This document shows positions 1 through 12,592 of a stretch of DNA of 64,000 nt, one piece after another. A model generated the notes under the pieces. It had not been told where the DNA came from. It did not search any database and was given only the letters and a program-made list of their open reading frames with translations. Position 1 is the first letter of the stretch; every line of letters begins with the position of its first letter. A program made the position numbers and the translations under genes. This stretch comes from Paraspadella gotoi (taxonomy: Eukaryota; Animalia; Chaetognatha): the NCBI GenBank assembly GCA_051294375.1, contig CM119266.1, forward strand, positions 2,407,008-2,471,007, read 5' to 3'.

Positions 1-82
1 GAAAACTGAATTAAACTGAACGAGGAAAACAACCAATTGATTTTTTTCTCTCCACCTGTCTCTCACGATTGCGCCACCCAAG

Positions 83-3000
83 GGAATCGGGGATCAGACC
101 TTTTCGGGTCTCAGCTTCGCAGCCAGTCCGTGCACCCCGACGGGCACGCCGGGGAGCGGGCAGCGGAGCGGGCCGCGGCGGTCGCGGATCCCGCGGTCGG
201 CCAACGCCTCGCGGGAGTCTTCACCGTCGCGACTCGGGTTCAGGTGAGGACGCGTGATGAGGTTGGGGGTCACGAGGTGAGGTCGACGGTTAGAGAGAGG
301 GTTGGGGGGACTTATCACGGCGTGTCGGTCTCCGAAGACTCGTCTTGGAATCCTATTAATTTAAATGAATGGGATTAACTGTGGTTATCGCACAACAGCA
401 CTCTGGCTTCCATTGTTTATACATCGCGATATTGTATTTATTTTATACATTTATTTGCAAAAAACACGTACTATACGAAACTGTGGCAAGTCATCTTATC
501 ACTATCAATTAATTATTAAAACAAACGGCGTTATAAAATAATTTTTTTCGACGTGTTTACCTTTACGTTTTCACTTTTTCAGCCGACAATACTTTTCATT
601 TAGACTATCCAGGTACATCTTTACTGAAACTGTTCGTGAAAAAAGCGGCCGATTCCATTTGGCAAATGTGAAAAAAAATGGTGTCTTCGGTCGCCGAGTG
701 GAAGGGGGGTTGTTAATAAATCGATTTAATTTGACTACTAGTATTTCGAACGCTACTTTGTAGCACAGAGACATCGATTAACGAATTTTAGCAATATATA
801 TTTGTTCACGGTTTTCGGTTGAAATGTTTTTATCCACGATAAATTAACGAGTTTATATAATAAAGTAAGGAATGCTAATAAACTTCACCGAATGTCGCAC
901 CATGACGTGACAGGTTTATTGGTTAAGATGTGACGAGTTGATTTTAGAGATTAAATATAACTAAATACATAGATTTATTTACACCAAACACAATGCAATC
1001 GATGCATGCTACGCATTAGCTTATAAAACATTCCGTATTTCTTCCTGCCTACTAATTTTGTGAGGGATAAATTAATACAATAATTAATTAATAATCATCG
1101 CATAATCGACATTTTATTCGTTGGAATCAATCTTTTACATTTAACTCAATTCAGTTACTCCATGAAGAAATGCGGAATATGTTTTTTGAGGCCTTTCTTT
1201 CTCTATCATTTTTTCTATGGTTATAAAATAAAATATTTATTTTTATATTATAAGACCATTTTAAGGCAATCCTCTCTGTAAATTTTTGTTTTGTTTGCTA
1301 ACTGGAAAATAAACCTGTTGTGGACGAACCTTGTGTCGTCCATACTGTCGGTTATTTTCTTGTTGGCGGTTAAATGCCCTCTTAAAATTTATCAAGACAA
1401 TTTTTTAAGGAAATTGGTTTATATTATCGATCGTCCATTTTTTTGTTAATAAATAGTGTTCATTTTTTTGTGGTCAGTGCGGGTCGCGACCGGAGATTGA
1501 GTTCTGGCTCCACAGGTGGAACGCCCCTCTCTGCCGCCCGACGGTCAGTCAATTTTATTTTTGTGAACCAAGTTTTATTTTATTTGCCAACCTATTTCCT
1601 TCTCTTTTTAGCATTTACATACTACTTTATTTAAATCTTGTCCATTGTTCAGTGTGATCTATTTTATTTTCTTTTTCCATCCCAGGGTCCGCCTCTCCTG
1701 TTCTTTCTCATTCCTTTACTTTCGTTTGCTCTGCCAACCGTCGGTCAGTCTCCAGATTCAGACTCATTAAGGCACAGATTTTTTCCTCTAATCGCTTCTT
1801 CATCATCTTCTCTTTTTCCTCGAGTTTGAGATTTTTTTTTTCTGCTAACGAGGATTTTATGCGCCTTTCTCGAATTTTTCCTCTTCAAATCCTATCATTT
1901 AATTTTTGTTTACTGCAATTATTCTCCACATTACAATACATTACAATACAGGAACTACGGCGCCAATCGGTCCGGTTCCAATAGGAGCGATCCTCTCGCA
2001 CAACGGGTTCTCACATACGACAAAGATTCCGAAGCGGCAATATCAGGTTCCAATAATTTGTTATTTCTTTTGTTTCTAGTTGAATTGTTCATTAGGGTGG
2101 ATTGATGAAAATATTGAGTGATGGAACATCATTTTTTTTTGCTGCATATGGGCATGTAATTAATGAATTTTAAATTCTTTAAAATTTTTTTTAGAATAAC
2201 AGTATAGTAAATTCAATTATTTATGTAGTAATATCCTTATAAAATCGTTAAATTTCAAAGTATTTTTTTTTAAGAACAGATTTGGATTCGCCGTAAAAAA
2301 ATAAGAAACTTTTATAATATATGTTATATGATATTTTAATGTTTGGATCACAAAAAAAGATTTTTATTACAGAATATGAAAAAGTTATGAATTTTCATCT
2401 TTTTCCCCGTTTTAAATGCTGAAGATGACAGAATTTTTGATAACATGTTTTATATTTTTGAATCAACTTTTTATGATGAATCTGAATCTTTATTAAAAGT
2501 TTTAAAAAAATTATTTTTAAAATTTACTATTTTATAAGAATATTACTACAAATATATTATATTTTACTATTCTGTTCCCGAGACAATTTCAATAAAATAT
2601 TTTTTGTTCTAGTTAATCATACTATCTCACATCTAAATATCCTTGTTCGATCATTCAAAAATTTTTTTTGTTCTTGAGACTCAAGTTGAGTGCTCCATTC
2701 CATTGTTGATTTCTTCACTTCATCGTACAGATTTGTTGACGCGTGGCGGCGCTGGCGCTCTTTCCACGCGGCGGCCTCGCTTCGATTCTGACGACGACGC
2801 CTCCGAGACGTCGTCGGTTTCTGGTTCCGAACGGAGCTTCGGTTCCACATCTCGGCCGCGCGGGGGCGAGGTAAGTTCGCTGGTTTACTTCGCTTTTAGT
2901 ATCAATTATCAAATGCGAATGTTTTTCGTATGTAAGGGCGGTTGGCGAGTGAAATTTTTTCCCATAGTCCAATAATCCACTTAATCATCTGATTAATAGA

Positions 3001-6000
3001 TCTTATGGAATGCGCTGATTATTATCTTTCAAATTCAAAATGACCGTCTTAAAAATTACGGAATGATTTTTCTCCCATTTTTAATTCGGTTTTCTGTTTT
3101 CATTGCATGAAGATAATCCCCGATTTCATTGAATGAAGATAATCTCCGATTTCATTGTTTCAAATATTCCCCATTTTTTCCTCGTAATATTTTTCTTCCT
3201 GCATCCGGGTTTTTCTCTCCCTCGTCTTTTTGTTTATTTATCTATGGTGACTCTTGAATCAGCGCCGCCCCGTTCGGTCGCGAACGGGTTCTAGGGAATG
3301 CGTGTCCTACGTCTCGTCGGACAAGGTAGTTCTCGGGATGTACGGAATTGGTTCTCATTTCCTGTAAAACTTGTTCATTTACATATAATACGTATATATG
3401 TCGTAATCGTAAACTCCTACTATAAGTTGCGCCCTGAAAAAGTCATATTCACTTTTTTCGTGCTTGATCGTGTTTCTCCTTACCTTGCCCTTCCCTTCCC
3501 CCCGTTCCGTTTAGCCAAAAATAAAAAAGGTAGTAGAGATTATATTTGTCGTTTTATCGCTTAAATGTTCATCACCGTGGTATTTGGCTCATGACATTTT
3601 TTAATCAAAATATTAGTATTCTATATTCATTTTTTTTTGTACTTAGTGCTATAGTTTGCTATTTTCGCCTTGCGTTGTCATATTTTCGCCTGAAATCTTG
3701 CGACCATTGAGCGTTTTTCTTTTCCCGAAAGTCCCTTAGCGACTGACTCCTTTTTATCGCACTTTGTGACCCAAAATTATACATTAAATTTAGTTATGTT
3801 AAGATAAATCTAATATAAACTCAACTTGCTTTACGAGCTTATATGACGTTTAATATTTCCAATATACGTAGGCGATACAAAGTGCTTTTAACTGTTTGGT
3901 ATCGATTTGCTTAGCTCTGGGTGTACAAACAATAAACAATAGTATTTAAATTTTACAGCATTCATATCCATCCTGTACAGGGGGGAAATTTCATTCATAT
4001 TATTGAGTCCCATGGCTCAATCAACTTTGCTTGGTTGTCGAAGAAAGAGTAGCGTTGTTACGATCTTTTTGGGGATTTAATTTTTTGAAAACAAGTTTGA
4101 GCAAACTATGTCGGATCTGCCCACGATCATTATCATTAATTAATAAGTAATTAATTCAAAATTGATCCAAAATGTTTGTTTTGATTGATTGACTGATTAA
4201 TTAATTATTGATTAAGTAATTGACTAATTGATTAAATAACTGATTAATTATTTGATTAATTAATACATCTTGCATTTACATTTAATATAAAAAGAAAAAA
4301 GCATAATCAATTAGTGAAACAGGTTTGTTTTGTTTTGTGTTTTTCCATTTAAACTCATTTCCACTCAAACGATTCCATCGAAACTTGATTTCCAGCTTAA
4401 TCACACATTTTCCTACTTGCATACAAAATTTCAGGTCAATCGCCCCATCCATTCATGAGGTCAAATAATTAAATATATTTTTTTGTTTTTTTCATTTAAA
4501 CTCATTTCCACTCGGATGATACCATCGAAACTTCATATCCAGCTCAATCACACACTTCCCTACCCACACACAAAATTTCATTCCAAACCATCCAATCACG
4601 TGTAATTGGAGTTTTTTGCTAATGTGGGACGGACAGACAGACGGACGGACGCACATCATTTTTTTTGCATAATTTATTATAATTCAATATTCTGACATGA
4701 TATAAGTGAATGCCCGACAATATTGAGGGGGCAGACCGACGGACCGACAAAGTGAATTATAGAAATTATAAAAATTGCGTTTCTAAGAATTGGGGGGAAA
4801 AACAATTTTTAATCGTAAAAAGATCCAAACGAGAGAGACTCAGAGAGAGGGAGAGGGAGGCTGATGTCTCTCTTGTCAAAGTTTTTCTCTTTGCGTATTC
4901 TAATCACGAGTTGCCTCAAACGTTTTTGCATTAACGTTCAGAATATAGAGCAGAAAAATAAACAAGAAATTTTCTTTTAATCTATTAATAGTTTATTCTA
5001 GTTTACATTAAAATGTTTTTTTTTATTATTATTATTTTTTTTCAAAAAAATGTATTATATTTTATGTTTTGGTTTGGGTAAAAATGAATGAAACGGCATT
5101 TAACTCTCATGGTCAAACAATTTCCCATGAGCATCTTCACAAATCTTTTACCCTTTTCACCCGCAGGATGTGAACGAAGTCTTCAACAACCTCTGCAGCG
5201 CCTCTTGGGCCGAACGCAAGGAGGGACTCTTGCAGTTCAACGCCATGATGCATAATGGCAGATATCTCAACCGGTGGGTTTCCTCGTGGATGCTCTTCGA
5301 ATTAGTTGATATATCCTAGTTATTATTATAAAATAATATTCTTTTATATTATTCTAAAGGACTGAGTTGAAGAAGACGACGGAGATTTTTACGCGGATGT
5401 TCCACGACCATCACCAGAAAGTCTTGTCCCTTTTCCTCGAGACTCTCGTAGGATTTTTAGGTTAGACTATCCTATATTATAATAATTTATATAATTTTTC
5501 CCGACATTCCCTTTTTCTCGTAAAAGCCTTTTTTTTTCCATTTTCTGTTTCTATTTTCTGTTTCTATTTCCATTATGATAATAATTTCCATTTGATTTCT
5601 GTCATATTTGCTTCTTTCATCCAACTTCTGCCTTTTTACTTTCCCCTTTCTTCGCCATTTTCTCTTTGCTTCATTTCCTTTCCTTCATCTTCCCTCATCT
5701 CCGTTTTCTCCTCGTTCCCCTAATCTCTCCACCTTCCCCTTCTTTTAGAAATCTACAAGGAAGAGCTGCTGGATTGGCTCTACGTCTTGCTCCTTCGGCT
5801 GCTCCATCGAATGGGGACGGACTTGTTGTCTTCGGCCATGGCTAAAGTCACTCGCGCCCTCGAAACCGTCAGGGACGTCTTTCCCACCGACCACCAGGTT
5901 CGCTACCATCTACGAAGGTTGGGGTAGGGATCAAGTTGGAATGGAGACGGAAAATCGAAAGGTAACTCGAATACCTCCGGCTCCATATGCTAATGTTCCC

Positions 6001-6717
6001 CGTTAAAGCTGGAAAAATGGGGCAAATGGGAAGAAAACGGGACATTTGAATGTAGATTCACGACTGGAGGTCCCTTCGCACCTCCGGGGGAAAAAAAACG
6101 AAACATTTGCTTTTTTTTATTCAACTTTTTTTTTTTTGGATCCTGGAGAGAACAATTTTCGCTTCTACCTCGTATGTCAGGCTTCGTGTTTCTTTACTAA
6201 CGCGCTTGACCATCATCGAGAACCATTATGCTCCGTTATCGCCCAAGATGGCCAAGCGCGAAGGATCGGCCATAAAATTTGATATCGGGTCGATTAATCG
6301 AGGTCTACGTCGATGGATCCCGCGTCGCGCATTGAATTCAAATACGGCGCCCGTCGAATTAAAACTTAATTCAACGGGAGGCCCCATCTTTTACCATTCG
6401 ATCGCAACTGGTTTTTATCGAAATATTAACGTTTTTACATTATCCACACTTGGACAGTGGAAGCTCGTAACCCGGTTCCTGGTGGACTCGACCCAGACGC
6501 CCAACATGAAGGTGAAGATGGCGACGATGACGTACATGCATTCCCTCTGTTCCTGCATGGATCCCTCTGACATGACCAACACCCAGGACACGCGGATGGC
6601 CCTCTCCAGGTACCTTCGCGTGTGGTATAGGGGGAAAGGGGGTCGTATTTGTACCAGGCATCTGTCGTCCAGCGGTAGAAAAAACTGGCTTCTTTGAATG
6701 TGGTTCGATAAAGACAC

Positions 6718-6749
<32 letters not shown>

Positions 6750-7543
6750 CTGTGGATTTCTCCTTGGAGGAAAGGGGGGGGGAATATCCTTTTTTTCCGT
6801 CTGGTGAAGAGACACTCTCTCTCTGTCGTCTCGATAAAAACATCTGTTCCCACTCTGACCTTCTTTCACCTCGACCAACTGCGTTTTCCTTTTCACTCCC
6901 CCCCCCAGAAAAAAAATGATTGTGGAGGAGATAATTTCCTCGAAAGATTGTCTTGACAAGAGGGCGAAAGAGGGGGGGGGAAAGAACGACCAAATAGTTT
7001 CCCAGGCCTTTCCTATCACCGCTCTTCTTTATCAGAGAATATATATTTTTTAAACATTATCTTTGTACCATTGCGTAGAATTTGAAAAATATTTAAAAAA
7101 TTCTTTAAAAATTATCTTTTCCTCGCAGTCGCGATTTTCATCCATTTCTTTTATTCGACTCTTCACCCCTCTCCCCACACTAAGAAGAGAAAAAATATTA
7201 CTGTGGCGTGATAAAGAGAAATGGAAAGGAATCTTTTTCTGTCTCGATCTTTAACTGGGATTCTCTCGGTTTTGATTGGTCCTGTGGGACGTTTCTTTCC
7301 GACCCTCCTACCTCCAGGGAAAAAAGGGGGCGGGCGGGATGGGGGATGTCGTTTGGACAAAGGGAGGGAAGGACAGACGAAGAAAGGAGGTAACCGCAGT
7401 TTTGTTCTCCGTCCCTCGAATGTCTGCTTTCGTTTCGAGTCGACGACAACAACAACAACAACCACCATCTCATACGCTATTAGCTGCATTACCTTTTTTC
7501 GCCTGGGGACCCCGGGGTTGTGATGACGCTAATTTTCGACGCT

Positions 7544-7585
<42 letters not shown>

Positions 7586-9314
7586 TTTTTTTTTCCTTGT
7601 TTGAGTGAAGGTTTTTTGTTCTCATTCCCAGCGACATGTTTGTGCCTTATGTTTTTCTCTTTGCAATTTTATCGCGTATTCAACTAAGTGCGAACATGAG
7701 ATAGAAAAATGTATTCTGGAAATGTTTCCTGGAAACAATATTTTTTTGTTTTCATTAATACGAAGACAGTTCATTTTCACTGTTTCCGTCATGATTACGT
7801 AATAAACAAAAAAAACCTTCTTACGATTGGTCAACAGAATCATCCAATGGACGACGGAGCCGAAATCCGGCGACGTTCGACGCGCGTCTCAACTCGTCGT
7901 CGTCGCTTTTTTCGATCTCAATCCCAGCGTCATGTCGTCCATGTTGAATCAACTGCCCAAATCCTACCAGGTGAGATGAGGACGCGGATTGTGTAAGGCA
8001 AACAATTACCGTACAATGAAATTGATCGTTCATGATACTTGTTTTAATTCAGTAAATTGAAGCTATATTCTGTACAATATTTGGTTCTAGGGTTAACAGT
8101 AATGGAGTTTACATCTTACTCGAGATATATCTTTCCGGATTAGTTAATTTCTTGACTTTATTTGGCTTCACTTGATTGAGGCAGCGATCAGGAGGTGAAA
8201 ATAAGCGATTTTGTAAGGGATGATTAACTAATTTGATCGAAATTGTTTATTTTGTAAACAGACAACGAAATTGTTTTTATTTTCAAAAACAAATTCGTTG
8301 TCTGTTAACAAAATAAACCATTTCGCTTAATTCTAATTTCAAACGCAACGAAATGAAAAGCTTGAAATAATAACTAATATGATCTTAAATGTGTTTGAAT
8401 TTCTAAATCTCATTTACATATTGTAGTATTGACCTTATTAGTTGAACTTGGTAGTTATTCCTCGTACTTCTGCCTCTACTTCTGCCTCCTGTCTCCGCGT
8501 AGAAAAAGAAAAATAATATTTAAAAATAAAGACTTTTTCGTTCTTCCTTCCTCATATTTTGCCACAACCATTGCTGCTCCTCCGAGGCCATCTTCATCGC
8601 CAACACCATAGAGAACGTCACCACCAGCCCATAACTGTCATAACCTCATTTTCATTGCTTCGTTCCTTGTAAATCAACTTCTCCTCCATCCGCCCTTCCC
8701 GTCAACTCGGCGGAAAGAAAAACGTCGTTTTTCCCATTTGGGAATTGAAAAATGGGAGGGGGGGTTGACGTGTCGAAAATGCAGGGAAGGAGGAGGGTAT
8801 CGTAAGAAAAGGATGAAAAATAAAAGAAGAAGCAAATACTTAGGTCAAGTCAAACTTACGTGGGATGAACCACCAATTGTAAATATTAAGACGAGCAGGT
8901 CAAACAATTGAGCATGAAAAAATCCTGTATTAAAACTAGGAAATGTAAGGATTAAAATGGGTTTGGAATGGATATTATATAATTAGATGTGAGCTCAGAA
9001 TGGCCTGGACTAGAGGTTAAAATAAAGAAACCTGACTTAAAGCATCAATGAAGTTTAATGGCGGGAGGCACCAAATAGGACATAATTTTCAAAAAAACAG
9101 TGTGAAATTGCAGCCATAATGGGGGGGGGGAACAGGAGGCGTTTTGAGGTGAAGAGAATAATGGGAGGTGATAGGAAGAAAAAAAATCATGCGGGAGACC
9201 AACGTCGAGCAATTACGTGAGCCCGATGAAACGTGAGAGAAAAGTCCAGGAACGAGGGAAGAATCTCAGACTTTACGGTCGATTCCAGTCGTAGAATCAT
9301 GAATAACAGATGGA

Positions 9315-9354
<40 letters not shown>

Positions 9355-12300
9355 CGCTCTTGCAAATATATTCTAAGGCGTCCGTATAAACTTGAAACAA
9401 AAGAATATAAAAATAAGATGGAGGATGAGAAAATAAAAACAAATTGCCGCCGGAGGAAAAACGAGCCAGGGGAGGAATTGAGCCGTCCCCGGGGGAATAA
9501 ACAGCGTTGAAAGGAGCAAAGAAGAAAGAGGGAAAGAAAAACAAAGAATAACGAATATAGGAGAAACGATAACGACGACTTTCCGACATTGACAACTCAA
9601 CTTGGAGAGGAAAAACTCGAGTACTCGCTCTCTCTCTCATCGCATTAATCAGGGAAAAGGGGAGAACGACTTCAAACGCAGGTGTTGCGCCTACTTTTTT
9701 TATCATTTGCAAATGGATTTTCGACGCATTCATCCTCACCTTCGATTCCCTTTTGTTTCTCGTTCCAATTCCTCTCTCTCTCAAATTTGAATTCTATGCA
9801 AAAAAACACTTCTCGACTTCGCAACACACTAATATTATAGGGTCGTAAAAAAGAAAATTGATAGGTGGAGAAAATAAATCACATAGGCGGAAATTTAGTT
9901 TGTCACAACAAAATCGGGAAAACGTTACTTTTGAATATTTAAATTATGTTCGTGCGAAACAGTTTTCAGTCTCGAAAAATTAAGATTTATCAAAATGTGC
10001 ATCCTATTTTCAGGACGGAGCTCACAAACTTATCGAGACGCATCTCAAAACGTCTCAGCCTTCGACGGGGCTCGAAGGGTCCAAAGCCGCTTCGCCGCTC
10101 TCTGCGGGGTCGGGGGGCAGCGGGTCGAGGGGCTTCAGCCCCAGGGGCTCCATGTCGCCCAGGACTTCTGTCACCGCGGTGAGTAAAAATAATTATCGGA
10201 ACTGTGAATCGTTAGATGATTAAAAAATTGTATATTCGCACAGCCAGTCATTTTCTTTAATTAGTTTTTCATTGAATCTTGTCTGAAAAAATTGGATACT
10301 AATTTAGTTTTGATGAAAACTAATTATGCGACTGGAACGGGAAACGCATTTGTCATAGCATTGAAGGAAGTACTGGTCCATTTCCTGCGATGATAGCACA
10401 GCTTTCTTTAAATGACTATTAGCTCATCAAAGTTTTATATTTTGAGTCGCATCCATTTCTTGTCACCGAAGGCAGTATTCTATCGCCTTAACGTCTGAGC
10501 TCTCTTCATCTCTCTCTCTCTCTCTCTCTCTCTTTAATATCAAAGGCGACGTTTTCTCTGTTATCCTTTCACAAGGTTTCTTTCCTTTTTTTGATTAGAA
10601 ATGGCCGAGATCCACTGAATCCAGGGGAAAATCGCCTTTTCCACATCCTCTTTAATAAAGACTTTATTTATTCTCCTCTTTCCTCCAACCTTGGTTCAAT
10701 TCTTTCATCCCTGGAGACTAAATTATCGCCATTGACACGACGACATATTCCCTATCGTGGCACCCGAGCGATCCACTCCAAGAATTCCGCGTCTCGTCGC
10801 CATTTTCGTAAACCTAATCCTCCCCCAACTCCGCTCTGTAGCCCCCTCTTACCCCCCCTTTCCCCACAAGAGTAGAATATCCATCCTAATTTCCCCCACT
10901 TTTCCGGTCTCCCAATATGGTCGTTGGCGAGTCGGCAGCGCGATCGAGATTAGATAACTTCCATTTTCCGCCCACACACAATTGCACGCTCTCACACTCA
11001 AACTCTGCCTTTTCGCCAGAGGGATCCGCCTCAGAAAAAAAAAAATCGCCTTCTCTCTCTCTCTCTCTCTTCCTCTTTTCAATACAACAACAACAGTGTT
11101 GCTCGCAGGAGGCAGTTTATTTTTTTTCTTTTTCTTTTTTCTTTTCCTTTATTTCCTTTCTCCCTCGTGCATCTTACAGGGTTTTATTCCGAGGATGACT
11201 CTGGAATCCACGGTCTCGCTCTCCTTCTCCACATGAGGGATTCAATCAAAGATTCCATTTTCTCGCGGTTCTTTCTTCTTCCTCTTTCTCCTCTCCTTTT
11301 ATGCCTTTTTCCTTTTCAACGCGTTTCATTCCCGACCTCCGTCATTTCTTCTTCTCCATTTCTTTCATCCCTCTTATCAGTCTTCCCATTCTTTTCCCTC
11401 CTTCCATGCGTCACGCTCACAGTCTTATCTGGCTTTTTTTGCAAAGTCCTCTCAACTTATCCCCCCCCCCAAAAAAAAAAAATCATCCGCAGAAATCATA
11501 TTCATTCTCTCAACAGTCAACTCTTGTCTTTTTTTCTCTACCGCCACCCAATTAACCGAAGCACCCAGAGCTCTTATCTTTATCCTTTTTTTTTTTTCTC
11601 CTCCATACAATTTCCTCTCTCATAATAAATCCGATTTCTCCTTCTTCGCGTAGAGTCAGTCTCTACGGACTTTTTCCATTCAATCTCACTTTCGATATCC
11701 GCTCTTCCCTCGGCGCCCGCACCGCCGGCGCCGCAGCCGCCCCTCCGCCGCAGCCGCCCCTCCCAGCGCCAATCTACTTTTCCGCTCTTCTCCGTCTCGT
11801 GGCGCCATCCACTTTTCCCGCCATTTAACTTATCCACGGTGAACGTCTGCTCTTTTCCGCCGCCTCCATCTATTACCCGTTTTTTCCTCGTTTGGCGGCC
11901 GAGAGGTCCCCGGGGCTTGTCTCTTTTCTACTCCCTTCTCCCCCTTTACACTACCTTATCTTATCCACAACCATTAGCGAATCGATGATCCGAAACGAAC
12001 TATGATGTTTGGTTTTTGCTCAGTGAAAGGAACCTCAACCTGGTCCTGAACAGATTGGCTCAGAACAGATTGGTAGTGTTGTTCTTTTTTTTTTTCTGAA
12101 GTATTTAATAATTTATGGGCGGGTTTTTGTTTGATATTCACCGCTTCTCCCTTTCAGTATCAGCCCCCCCGGTCCAGAAGTCCCGGGAACCCTCTCGACG
12201 AAGAGCTGGAGAACTTAAACCCGGAAGACATTCACGACTCGATCCGACAGACGACGCGGCAGATCGCCAACCTTTCCCTCAACACCCATGATGACGCCTT

Positions 12301-12544
12301 TCTTGCAGGTGCGCTTGATCCGTGACGACCACTCTTTGTGAAATTCAAATTTGATCGAACAATTTTTAATTAAACGTGGGCTTCTTATTGTATTCATTTG
12401 CATGTGTTGAATAGTTGAATACCCATTTGCATTTCGTGATTCGGTCGAGATACCCTCGTCATCGCAACTGCATATCGCGAGATGGTATGATGGGAAATGA
12501 CTAGCAGAGTGATGACAAGTGCAGAGAACAAAGAGAAAGATTAA

Positions 12545-12592
<48 letters not shown>

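Noticed and set aside
6107-7019. Overlapping 137-196 aa ORFs with poly-H, poly-I, poly-S and poly-M runs
   Set aside because: Only 6458-6609 is a CLASP exon; the rest is intron read-through and a (GAT)n microsatellite.
8540-8720. Coding-like purine-rich stretch on the minus strand inside a CLASP intron (possible third nested gene)
   Set aside because: Short frames with stops, no convincing splice sites and no motif.
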